NCBI GenBank assembly: GCA_035284745.1
Contig: JAYKIL010000008.1
Coordinates: 197,087-261,086 of the forward strand
Reading direction: 5' to 3'
Source of the DNA: Candidatus Sericytochromatia bacterium
GTDB lineage: Bacteria; Cyanobacteriota; Sericytochromatia; S15B-MN24; JAQBPE01
Length of the DNA: 64,000 bases
The notes beneath the pieces were generated by a model, which was not told where the DNA came from, made no database searches, and was given only the letters and a program-made list of their open reading frames with translations. Made by a program: the position numbers and the translations under genes. This document shows, piece by piece, positions 1 to 8,779 of the stretch; positions within the stretch are counted from its first letter, which is position 1, and each line of letters starts with the position of its first letter.

Positions 1-1440
1 GGACTGCGGGGGATCGACATCGAGTGGACTCAGTACGTGTGCAACCCTTGAATCTGCGCCGAGTCGCTTCGAGAATGCCAGCAAGTCGCCAAAATGCTTG
101 ATTCCCAGTGCGTAATCCTTGCGCGGGGGCGTGTCGTGCCCCAAGGGTTGCTCGAGTCTCAATATGAGATTAATGGGAGCCACCAGTCCACCCTGCCCCA
201 TAGCCTGAAGTTCCTGGAATCCTCGCTCATAGGGTAACGCCCGGGGGAGCCAAGGGACCGTGGGAAAACCGCTTTTTAACCAGGCAACGGGCGCACTGAG
301 GACTAGAATTGGAAATAAAGCCGCCAGGACGTGGCGCCACGGGCGTTTCAAAACCCAGCGACACCAAGCCTCCCAGCGCTCTTTTGGATGACGGAGCCAT
401 GGGATATCTATGGAAAACCAACGGGGCGCATCGATAAAATTACCAATGAGAGCGAGACAGGCCGGCAGCAGCGTCAGTGCGAGCGTGACGGACACCAGTG
501 CAACCAAAAACCCCCCCACTCCCATCGAGCGACTGTCCAATACGGGCGTGGCGAGTAAACCAGCGAATCCGATGGCGACCGTCAGGCCCGATATCGCAAC
601 GGCGCGCCCGGCCGTTCGGACCGTCTCTCCGACAGCCTGTTGAACGCCTTCACCTGATTTGAGGGCTTCGCGAAAACGACTCACGACCAAAAGGGCGTAG
701 TCAATTCCCAACGCAAGGCCGAGCATGGAGGCGACGCTTTGGGTGTATGTTGACAGGTCGATCTGCGGTGCCAATAGGGCCAAAAGTCCAGAAGTCAGAA
801 CAATGGAGACAATGCCCATGAACAAGGGCACGCCGGCGGCGACCAGAGACCCGAAGGCAACCAAAAGGACGGCGGCGGTGAGGGGCAGGCTTCGCGCCTC
901 GGCCCTTCCCGTGTCGATGGTGCTGAAACGGTTAATGTCATAAGTCAGTGCAGCACGCCCCGTGACATTCCAAGAAAGACCTTCCAAGGCGCGTGCGTGA
1001 TGTTCACAGATCGCGTTGACGGTCGCCCGTACACTTGCCACAGCCATCTCCGCCGAAGCCACGTCACGGGCCCGCAGCCCAACCAGCAGAAGCGCGGCGT
1101 CCGGGTCCTCACTCTTAAAAGCACGGGTTCCCGGGTCTCCCGCCTTTAACACCTGAGCCACTTGTTTGTGTCTCGTTAGCGCCTGCTGTAGCTCACTGAG
1201 CAGGCCTTGACCCGAGGGTGTCGCGAGAAGGCGCTCGGGGACGCGAAGGGTAACAACCAGAGACTGGACGAAAGGGTTTGAAAATTCGTCCGCGAGCATT
1301 CGCTCGGCGATCGAAGAAGGTGTTCCAGCAATTGCACCCGTGCCGCTTCGAAGGTGAAGCGGAAGATCTTTGGCATAGCTTGAAGCCAAGACAACGAGCA
1401 ACAACCAGAAAGAGATGACCAGAAAGCGCCATCGGGCCAT
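1..1440 (-). CDS. MMPL/RND-superfamily membrane transporter, N-terminal ~480 aa (3' end beyond window start)
   Basis: Manual translation of minus strand from ATG at 1440 is open to position 1 (frame checked codon by codon). TM1 (RWRFLVISFWLLLVVLA), large periplasmic loop, then a 5-TM bundle (LPLTAAVLLVAFGSLVAAGVPLFMGIVSIVLTSGLLAL...DYALLVVSRFRE) typical of MMPL/SSD transporters. Not in ORF track because no stop codon lies in the window. Confidence 0.65.
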   Translation of the reverse strand, partial: MARWRFLVISFWLLLVVLASSYAKDLPLHLRSGTGAIAGTPSSIAERMLADEFSNPFVQSLVVTLRVPERLLATPSGQGLLSELQQALTRHKQVAQVLKAGDPGTRAFKSEDPDAALLLVGLRARDVASAEMAVASVRATVNAICEHHARALEGLSWNVTGRAALTYDINRFSTIDTGRAEARSLPLTAAVLLVAFGSLVAAGVPLFMGIVSIVLTSGLLALLAPQIDLSTYTQSVASMLGLALGIDYALLVVSRFREALKSGEGVQQAVGETVRTAGRAVAISGLTVAIGFAGLLATPVLDSRSMGVGGFLVALVSVTLALTLLPACLALIGNFIDAPRWFSIDIPWLRHPKERWEAWCRWVLKRPWRHVLAALFPILVLSAPVAWLKSGFPTVPWLPRALPYERGFQELQAMGQGGLVAPINLILRLEQPLGHDTPPRKDYALGIKHFGDLLAFSKRLGADSRVAHVLSPLDVDPPQS

Positions 1441-1580
1441 CCATTTGCCCCAGCGGCGAAATCGCTGGAAAGAGTCAACCACCGGGTCCCTCCAACCGCC
1501 CACAAGCAAGCGACAAGGGTGCTATGATGCAGGATGTGAGGCTTTAACGTCCAGACTTTGATGCGGTTTGGGTTCTCAAT

Positions 1581-2645
1581 TTGCGCAAGAGGTTAAGGTT
1601 GCGGGCAAAAAACTGGGATGACGAGGTGGGTGTGCAAGAGCTCCCATTCGGGCGGGAGGCTCTCGGCATCCTTCTCGGGGTGACCCCCGGCGGATGGCAT
1701 TTTGACCCCGTATTGCTCTCACATTGGCTCCGTTCCGACAGCCCATTTTTCCAGTGGGGGTCGGCGTCGCTCCTCTTCGTTGAAAATGCGGCCGCCCTGC
1801 TCGTTTCTCACGATTCCAGAATGACGAAGGGGCGCCTGGTCGCTTTCTCGGCACTGCGCGTGAACGAACGATTGTCAAGCGCGGAACAGGTTTCGGTGGT
1901 CGGTCGCTTGCTTCAGGCGGCCGCGCAGTGGGGGCGATCGCGGGGCGCGGAACGATTGGGAGGGCCACTGATGCTCTCAACATGGAACCCTTACCGAGTA
2001 CTTGCGGATGACAGGCCCAATGAGACAAATGGGTTTCCCGGCGAAGGAGTCGAGCCAGCCGCCTATAACTTACTCTACCGAGCCGCTGGTTTGCAGGTCA
2101 CCGATCGCTACGTGACCACTGCGCCCCCAGAAGATCCGGATTATTGGATGTTTCATTTGGATCGTGAGGCCGGGATTTCCAGCCGGCGCGCAGGCCGTGT
2201 CGCGGTTTTGCCCTTGTCGCCAGGGGATGGTTTACGCCTGGCTCCCCAAGTCTTTGAATGGCTCAATTCCTCATTTGTTCACAACCCCTATTTTGTGGCC
2301 CTCAGCGGGGCCGAGTTTGGGGATTGGCTGATGCAGTCGATGCCCGGCGGCGTCGAACCCGTTCGCTTGGGGGCCTTTGACGGCGATGGCACAGTCCTTG
2401 GGGTCCTGGCAGGTTTCGTGGCAGAGAACCGTGGAATTTTGAAAACCGTCGCGGTCCGTCCTGATGCCCAGGGGACCCGTTGTGCCATGGCCCTGACTTT
2501 TGAGTTTCACAGGCGCCTGTTTCATCGCGGCATCACGCAGGTTCAACACGCTCTGATGCACGTGAACAATTCGTCCGCTCGCATGAGTTCGAAATATGCC
2601 CGGCCGGTTCGCCACTATGTACTCTATGGCACTCACTGCGCTTGA
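1581..2645 (+). CDS. hypothetical protein, possible tandem GNAT-fold (Fem/MprF-C-like) acyltransferase
   Basis: 354-aa ORF. The C-terminal segment (GILKTVAVRPDAQGTRCAMALTFEFHRRLFHRGITQV) resembles GNAT motif A (Q/RxxGxG/A). It is first gene of a co-directional overlapping operon. Product assignment is weak. Confidence 0.45.
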   Translation: MRKRLRLRAKNWDDEVGVQELPFGREALGILLGVTPGGWHFDPVLLSHWLRSDSPFFQWGSASLLFVENAAALLVSHDSRMTKGRLVAFSALRVNERLSSAEQVSVVGRLLQAAAQWGRSRGAERLGGPLMLSTWNPYRVLADDRPNETNGFPGEGVEPAAYNLLYRAAGLQVTDRYVTTAPPEDPDYWMFHLDREAGISSRRAGRVAVLPLSPGDGLRLAPQVFEWLNSSFVHNPYFVALSGAEFGDWLMQSMPGGVEPVRLGAFDGDGTVLGVLAGFVAENRGILKTVAVRPDAQGTRCAMALTFEFHRRLFHRGITQVQHALMHVNNSSARMSSKYARPVRHYVLYGTHCA

Positions 2646-5205
2646 GTTTAATTGTTACCAGGCCACCTTGGGAGCGTCGAAGGTTGCTCCGGAGAAGGTG
2701 GCGCTTTGGCATTTACCAGATAAAAAAAATATTGACCAAGCCGTCACTTACGGTGAATTACGCGCCGAGATACATCGAGTTGCTTTCTCGTTACGACAGA
2801 AAGGCATCGGTTACGGTGACAAGGTGTTGGTGCTTTTGCCGATGTCGCCGGCCTTGTACTCGGTGATGTTCGCCGTCGCGATGGTGGGGGCTTCGTCCGT
2901 TTTCGTGGATCCTGTCGGCGGCGCGGCGCGTTTGATGGCAGCATTGGGGGATGCGAAGCCGCGGGCCGTCTTTATTCCGACGGGCGTGGCCCGTTTCTTC
3001 CGTTTGCTACCCGGTGTTCGGGATGTTCCGTGCGTTTTTTTTGTGAACATCGACCAGTCTCTGTTTCCAGGGGTGCCCGAAGACAGAGAGATTTGCCCCG
3101 TATCGCCAGATGACGCAATTTCATTGGTCTATACCACTGGGAGTACGGGAGCCCCCAAGCCTGTGAGGCGCTCTCATTCCGATATGCTTGCGATGCTAGC
3201 GGCATTGAATCAGCATCCAGCGAAGCATTCAGAGGCGGTGGATTTGCCGATGTGGCCTAATTTGGTATTTGATGCGCTGTGCCACGGAAGAACTTGCGTC
3301 ATACCGGCCGCGACAAGTGGACGCCTCGCCCTCTCTTCTCCAGATGTCTTGATAGGGCAGATGGAGCGATGTGGTGTCACCATGTGGATTGGGCCACCGG
3401 GACCTCTGGAGAAATTACTGGATGAGTTCGAAGCTCACGGGTCCCCGAGGGCCTTGCAACACATTTTCGTGGGGGGGGCGTTGGTGCCACCGCGCGTGTT
3501 GCGTCGGGCGCAAAATTGCCTTCCCTTGGAAGGAGAGGCTGTCGCGGTCTATGGCTCGACAGAAGCCGACCCTGTGGCGACGTTATCCGCTCGTGATCTG
3601 GTCGAAACCCCTGCCCGCGTGGGGGTGCCCATTGGGCGCCTTCATCCCAATATTCGCCTGCGTTTGGTCCAGCCGGACGTCGAGGCCAGTGAATGGAGTG
3701 GTGCCAGGGATGTGGTACCCGGAGAAGTGGGAGAGATTTGGGTCACGGGTCCTCACGTGAACACCTTTTTGGAACCCTCTGACCCTGGGGGGCACTCGAC
3801 CAAGATGGTTGACCCAACAGGAGTTGTTTGGCACCGGATGGGTGATTTGGCGTGGCAGGATAACCAACAATGCCTCTTCCTCATGGGCCGTTGGGCGCAA
3901 AGGGTTCAGCTTGCGGAACGTGTCCTTGACACGATTCCCGTCGAATTGACCGCTTTGGAAGTGGCGGGGGTCAAGCGAGCAGCGCTGCTGGGACGGAATA
4001 TGGAAGCTTGGGTTGTGGTCGAGCCGACTCCCCACGCGCGCCTTCACGAAGTGCAGGAGGCCTTAATACGGGCTCTGGAGCCCTTTTCGGTGACACGGGT
4101 CGTATTCCACCCGCAAATGCCCCTGGATGCTCGCCATATGAGCCGCATCGACTTGCAAAGCTTAACGCTTGACTTGCCCGACGATCCCCCGCGCTTGCCC
4201 CCTCTCGCCTCGCCGCCCCCTTTTCTCGAGGCGCTGCGCCTGTATTTGCGCGAACGCTTTCCCCTGCTGCAGACCCTGATCGGCGTATTGCTGATGGTCG
4301 CGACCGACGGCCTGGCAACTTTGGCTCTCATAGACCAACCTCTTCATCGCGAAGTGCTGCCCCAGATGATGATTGTGGTGGCAATCTTTATCGGTGTTTT
4401 CTTTCACCTGCGGGTTTTTGATGAACACAAAGACTGGGCCGTGGATCGCGTGGCCTTCCCAGAACGTATTTTGTCGCGGGGTTGGGTGACGCTTCGTCAA
4501 TTGCGGTTTTTGGCTGCGGGAGTGATCGTCAGTGAAATTCTTTTGGCCGCCACGACCAGCCTTGTCTTATTGGGGTGGACCCTTGTTCTCATTGCCTATT
4601 CCTGGTTGATGCTGCGTGAATTTTATGTGGGAGACTGGCTCAAACGACATCTGGTGATGTATGGGGCAAGCCACATGGCGATCATCTCGCTGATGTCCCT
4701 GGCTGCTTATGGAGCCATCCTTGATGCGCTGCCCTGGTCCGTTGTGAGCCATCTAAGTGGTGCTCAAGGCTTCGATGCCACCCTTCACGGCGTTCTGCCC
4801 GCCTTGGCATCCCGGGTTTGGCACCCAGGATTATTGCTTTTTGCCGGGATGAATTTCTGTTTGATCTACTCGCTGGAGGTGGCTCGTAAGATACGCACGC
4901 CCGAATTGGAGCGTCCGCAGGTCGACACCTATTCCCGGCGATTGGGGATCCCGGGGGCTCTGGTTTTGGTGCTCGCCACACAGTGTTCTGGACTCGCCAT
5001 GTTGGCCTTGGCGTCTTCCGCCCTTCACGTTCCCTGGGGAGTATTTTTATGGGGGGGGCTCACGATAGCATTTGTCGCGGTGCGCTATGGGATGTTCTAC
5101 TTGAATCCGACCCCAGCCGCTTCAAAAAGACTTGAGGCGACAGGCGCACTCACACTGGTGAACTTGAATGTTGCCCTGATCCTTTTCTGGGGAGTTTTTC
5201 GATGA
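2596..5205 (+). CDS. adenylate-forming (AMP-binding) enzyme fused to a C-terminal polytopic membrane domain
   Basis: Adenylation core motifs present: YTTGSTGAPKPV (A3), YGSTEA (A5), WHRMGDLAW (A7). The C-terminal ~320 aa have 8 or more predicted TM helices and an Asp-rich DEHKDWAVD (DxxxDxxxD) motif. The start may be an internal ATG (2617 or 2626), since the listed start overlaps the upstream gene by 50 nt. Confidence 0.7.
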   Translation: MPGRFATMYSMALTALEFNCYQATLGASKVAPEKVALWHLPDKKNIDQAVTYGELRAEIHRVAFSLRQKGIGYGDKVLVLLPMSPALYSVMFAVAMVGASSVFVDPVGGAARLMAALGDAKPRAVFIPTGVARFFRLLPGVRDVPCVFFVNIDQSLFPGVPEDREICPVSPDDAISLVYTTGSTGAPKPVRRSHSDMLAMLAALNQHPAKHSEAVDLPMWPNLVFDALCHGRTCVIPAATSGRLALSSPDVLIGQMERCGVTMWIGPPGPLEKLLDEFEAHGSPRALQHIFVGGALVPPRVLRRAQNCLPLEGEAVAVYGSTEADPVATLSARDLVETPARVGVPIGRLHPNIRLRLVQPDVEASEWSGARDVVPGEVGEIWVTGPHVNTFLEPSDPGGHSTKMVDPTGVVWHRMGDLAWQDNQQCLFLMGRWAQRVQLAERVLDTIPVELTALEVAGVKRAALLGRNMEAWVVVEPTPHARLHEVQEALIRALEPFSVTRVVFHPQMPLDARHMSRIDLQSLTLDLPDDPPRLPPLASPPPFLEALRLYLRERFPLLQTLIGVLLMVATDGLATLALIDQPLHREVLPQMMIVVAIFIGVFFHLRVFDEHKDWAVDRVAFPERILSRGWVTLRQLRFLAAGVIVSEILLAATTSLVLLGWTLVLIAYSWLMLREFYVGDWLKRHLVMYGASHMAIISLMSLAAYGAILDALPWSVVSHLSGAQGFDATLHGVLPALASRVWHPGLLLFAGMNFCLIYSLEVARKIRTPELERPQVDTYSRRLGIPGALVLVLATQCSGLAMLALASSALHVPWGVFLWGGLTIAFVAVRYGMFYLNPTPAASKRLEATGALTLVNLNVALILFWGVFR

Positions 5206-7805
5206 CTGATGTATGGACGGCAGAATGGTTGGCCTCGTCCGCTCAGCCCGCTCTCGATGCCTCGGCCGTTCGCTGGGGGGGGAAGGGAAGAGGATTGCTT
5301 CGGCTGGTTGCAGGCGGCTTCCAGGTTCCTGAGTTTTTTATTTTAAGTTCTGACGTGATGGTGAAAGCCCAAGAAACAGGCCAACTCTGTGCGGACTTTC
5401 CGGGCCTGAAAGAAACGTTGGCGTTAGCGCTTAAAAAGCTACCCGATGCCCCCGTTGCGGTGAGGAGCAGTGCCGCTGAAGAGGACGGCGACCGTTTTTC
5501 TCTGGCGGGCCAATTCGACACTTTTTTGGGGGTTCCGAAGGATGTGGACCAGGTTGCCGACAAGGTGGTGGCCTGCTGGGTTTCGCTGCAAGGCGAGAGG
5601 GCGACTGCTTACCGACAACAGCACGGTTTGTCATCCGAACGAGCCCGGATGGCAGTGGTCGTTCAAACCATGGTGCCCGCGGAGCGCTCTGTCGTTATTT
5701 TTTCCGGAAATCCAGCCACCGGAGATGCTGATGAAGTGGTCGTCTCTTCTGTGTGGGGCCTCGGAGCAGCCCTCGTATCTGGAGACACAGAGGGTGATAC
5801 CGAAATCTTCACTCCCGACGGCTCCTTGAAGTCACGCAGTACGGGTTCTCAGGCGCGTTATCACACGCTATTGGCAGGTGGGGAGATCGCCGAGCTCGCG
5901 CTTCCCTCCGAACGATTGGGTCAACCCGTCCTGTCTCCTGCGAACCGACAAGCTGCCCGCCGCCTGGCCCGAAACATTGCGGAGCATTTCGATCGCCCCG
6001 TTGATATTGAAGCCTCTTTTCTTGGTGATACGCTGTGGGTGCTTCAGGCGCGCCCCATCACGACCCCTTTGAGCCGCCACCGTCTGTTGTGGGACAACAG
6101 CAACATTGTTGAGAGCTATGACGGGGTTACGACGCCCCTGACTTTTTCTCATGCTTGCAACGCGTATCGCCTGGTATACACGCAGTTCGGCCGATTGTTG
6201 GGCGTCCCGCGTTCGACCTATGACAGGCATGAGCGCCAAATGATGACCTACATAGGACTGCTGAATGGCCGAGTCTACTACAACTTGTTGATGTGGTATC
6301 TCTCGATGGCGCACTTACCTGGCTACGCCTTCACCAGGGGGGCGATGGAAAACATGATGGGCGTGCGAGAAAGCCTGAATGTTGAGTTGCCGGAGGCCGG
6401 GGCGCCTCTCGAAAAGTGGACGAAGGACTTTCCACGGCTTGTCTGGATGCTGCTGCGGGGTTTGTGGGCCTTCGGCACCCTTCAGGTGCGCGTGAATCGG
6501 TTTTGGAGCAATTTTGAGCATGTGTATGCCCAATGGCATCAGCACAATTTCGACACCTGGGAAACTCCCCGCCTGATGGCTCTGTACCACGAATTGGTTG
6601 TGAAAGTGTTACATCGTTGGGAGGCTCCCATTCTCACGGACGTGGGCGCGATGCTTTCAATGGCTGCTTTGCAAAAAGCTCTCAAAGCATGGGTGGCTGG
6701 CGATGATGACTGGGTAGGCCCATTGCTTGTGGCGACGGGCGATATAGAAAGCACCCGTCCGACGGAACGCTTAATGGAAATCGCAGGTTTTCTTAAAGCG
6801 TCTCCTGCTGCGCTCGCGTTATTGCAGGGCGACGACGCCGCCTTCTGGCCCGGGTTGCACAAGAACACTGAATTGACGCCCATATTAAAGATGCTTGAAG
6901 ATTGGCTGGCCTGCTATGGCGATCGCGCGATGGGGGAACTCCGGCTTGAGGCGCCTACTCCGCGCGAAGAACCTGCGATGGTCGTGCCATTATTGAGGAC
7001 TTATGTGGCTCTGGAGCAGAAACGCGGGGGTGCTGGTCCTGAATCAGCAATGGAGGCCACCCAACGTGCCGAGTCAAGGCTTCACGAGGTTTTGCAGGGT
7101 CGCCCCGTTCGAGGCTGGGTGGTTCGCTGCTTGCTGCATTGGACACGCCAGCATGTTCGCAACCGCGAGAATATGCGATTTGCCCGCACCCGTTTAACCG
7201 GGGTCCTTCGCCGATTATTCAAAGCGGTGGGGCGTGACTTGGTTCAGGTGGGGATTTTAAGGCGTCCAGACGATGTTTTTTTTCTATCGGTGGAGGAACT
7301 CACGGCGTATGTCGACGGCCGCTCAATCACTCGCGATCTGGGGGCCTTGGCCGACATGCGTCGTCGTGAATACGCCGAATATCCAGCGCAGGAACCCCCC
7401 GACCGTTTTGTAACCATCGGATTGCCTGCGGTCAAAGTTCCTGTTGCGCAAACACTCAACAGCGACGAAATGGTCCTTCAAGGAACACCCTGCTCTCCGG
7501 GCGAAGTCGAAGCCCCTATTCGGATCATTCGGCATCCCAGTGAGGGAGGGGCCTTGCAGGGAGAAATCGTGGTGGCTGCGCGCACTGATCCGGGCTGGGT
7601 TGCATTGTATCCGGCAGCAAAGGGCTTACTGGTAGAGAAAGGCAGCGTTTTGTCACATTCCGCGATTGTGGCTCGAGAGATGGGTCTTCCGACAATTGTC
7701 GGGATTCCCGGGTTATGTCAGCGCCTACGGGGGGGTGAGCGGGTACATATGGATGGGAAGACGGGTGTGGTTCGCATTGTAGACGGGGAGGGAAACAGTG
7801 TCTAA
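5202..7805 (+). CDS. PEP-utilising enzyme family phosphotransferase (PpsA/rifampin-phosphotransferase-like, three-domain)
   Basis: N-terminal PPDK-type ATP-grasp nucleotide-binding domain (RWGGKGRGLLRL). C-terminal PEP-utilizers swivel domain with catalytic His (GSVLSHSAIVAREMGLPTIVGIPG). ~400-aa central domain of unknown specificity. Start overlaps upstream stop (ATGA). Confidence 0.75.
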   Translation: MTDVWTAEWLASSAQPALDASAVRWGGKGRGLLRLVAGGFQVPEFFILSSDVMVKAQETGQLCADFPGLKETLALALKKLPDAPVAVRSSAAEEDGDRFSLAGQFDTFLGVPKDVDQVADKVVACWVSLQGERATAYRQQHGLSSERARMAVVVQTMVPAERSVVIFSGNPATGDADEVVVSSVWGLGAALVSGDTEGDTEIFTPDGSLKSRSTGSQARYHTLLAGGEIAELALPSERLGQPVLSPANRQAARRLARNIAEHFDRPVDIEASFLGDTLWVLQARPITTPLSRHRLLWDNSNIVESYDGVTTPLTFSHACNAYRLVYTQFGRLLGVPRSTYDRHERQMMTYIGLLNGRVYYNLLMWYLSMAHLPGYAFTRGAMENMMGVRESLNVELPEAGAPLEKWTKDFPRLVWMLLRGLWAFGTLQVRVNRFWSNFEHVYAQWHQHNFDTWETPRLMALYHELVVKVLHRWEAPILTDVGAMLSMAALQKALKAWVAGDDDWVGPLLVATGDIESTRPTERLMEIAGFLKASPAALALLQGDDAAFWPGLHKNTELTPILKMLEDWLACYGDRAMGELRLEAPTPREEPAMVVPLLRTYVALEQKRGGAGPESAMEATQRAESRLHEVLQGRPVRGWVVRCLLHWTRQHVRNRENMRFARTRLTGVLRRLFKAVGRDLVQVGILRRPDDVFFLSVEELTAYVDGRSITRDLGALADMRRREYAEYPAQEPPDRFVTIGLPAVKVPVAQTLNSDEMVLQGTPCSPGEVEAPIRIIRHPSEGGALQGEIVVAARTDPGWVALYPAAKGLLVEKGSVLSHSAIVAREMGLPTIVGIPGLCQRLRGGERVHMDGKTGVVRIVDGEGNSV

Positions 7806-8757
7806 CGCGCTCATTGATACCGCTATTTTGCATCGTCAGGCTTCAGCCCGCCCCCTGGACCTTGACAGTTTACCGTGGGCCGATGGCGTGAATCCGGAAA
7901 ATTGGTTTGCTCCGGAGTCGATGACTCACTTACTTCAGAGTCCGAGCTATCGCCATTTCAATGAAACAGAGAAGAAGCTGTATGCCCGTACCGTTGCCTT
8001 CGCCAAGGCAGAGTTGTTCATCTATTTTGAAGAGCACCTGTTGGCCCCGGTGATACAACGACTGATTTCAGAGCCCCAGCGATTCAGTATCGAACCCGGG
8101 CTTCTTTCTTGCCTTCGCGACTTTCACCGGGAGGAGTTACAACACACCGAGATGTTCTGGCGCCTGCTCGAAACCGCTGCGCCGGAACTTTATCCGACGC
8201 GAAATCTTCGTATTTACCGCAGTTATTTTAGCCTCAAACTGCTGCCGGGTGCCCTTCGCCAGTTCCCTGATACTTTAATACTTTGGGTCTGGCTTGCGAT
8301 GTTCATCGAGGAACTGACGGTCGACCTGTACCGGCAGTATCGACAAGACGACCGGGTTGAACCACTTTTTGAGGCCGTCTATCAGGCCCATATGATGGAT
8401 GAAATGCGTCACGTGTCGATTGACCACCACGTTCTGGAGGCACTCTGGGATACTGCTCCGCGCTGGCTGCGCGTGATGAATGTTGGCCTTCTCGATCACA
8501 TCGTATCAAAGGTGACCTCTCCCGTAGCGGCTCCCCGTGCGGCGATCGAAGAGGTATTGCTGCATTCGCCTCATTTATGGAACCATCGGGATGAGTTTTT
8601 TCGCGATATCGCCGCCTTGGGGCAAAATATGGCGTATCAGGAGGCCCACTATTCCCGGGAGACCTTGCCTCGCACCTTTGGATTGTTGGATCGATATCCT
8701 GAGATGCGGGCACTTCGTAAGGGGTTTCCAGCCTATCGCCCGCGATCACTCGCGTGA
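7798..8757 (+). CDS. ferritin-like diiron-carboxylate oxygenase (AurF / acyl-ACP-desaturase-like)
   Basis: Two E...ExxH half-sites (FEEHLL...REELQHTEMF and FIEELTV...DEMRHVSIDHH) arranged as in four-helix-bundle diiron enzymes. 8-nt overlap with the upstream gene. Confidence 0.5.
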   Translation: MSNALIDTAILHRQASARPLDLDSLPWADGVNPENWFAPESMTHLLQSPSYRHFNETEKKLYARTVAFAKAELFIYFEEHLLAPVIQRLISEPQRFSIEPGLLSCLRDFHREELQHTEMFWRLLETAAPELYPTRNLRIYRSYFSLKLLPGALRQFPDTLILWVWLAMFIEELTVDLYRQYRQDDRVEPLFEAVYQAHMMDEMRHVSIDHHVLEALWDTAPRWLRVMNVGLLDHIVSKVTSPVAAPRAAIEEVLLHSPHLWNHRDEFFRDIAALGQNMAYQEAHYSRETLPRTFGLLDRYPEMRALRKGFPAYRPRSLA

Positions 8758-8779
8758 CTGGTGAGTTCTAGGACTTCGC

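Noticed and set aside
227-943. Small plus- and minus-strand ORFs at the window start
   Set aside because: All lie inside the MMPL gene, whose minus-strand frame is open from 1440 to position 1.
3583-5028. Multiple 60-150-aa antisense ORFs inside the large operon genes (and similarly inside ileS, the mur genes, etc.)
   Set aside because: Expected for high-GC DNA, where antisense frames of real genes stay open. None has RBS or domain support.
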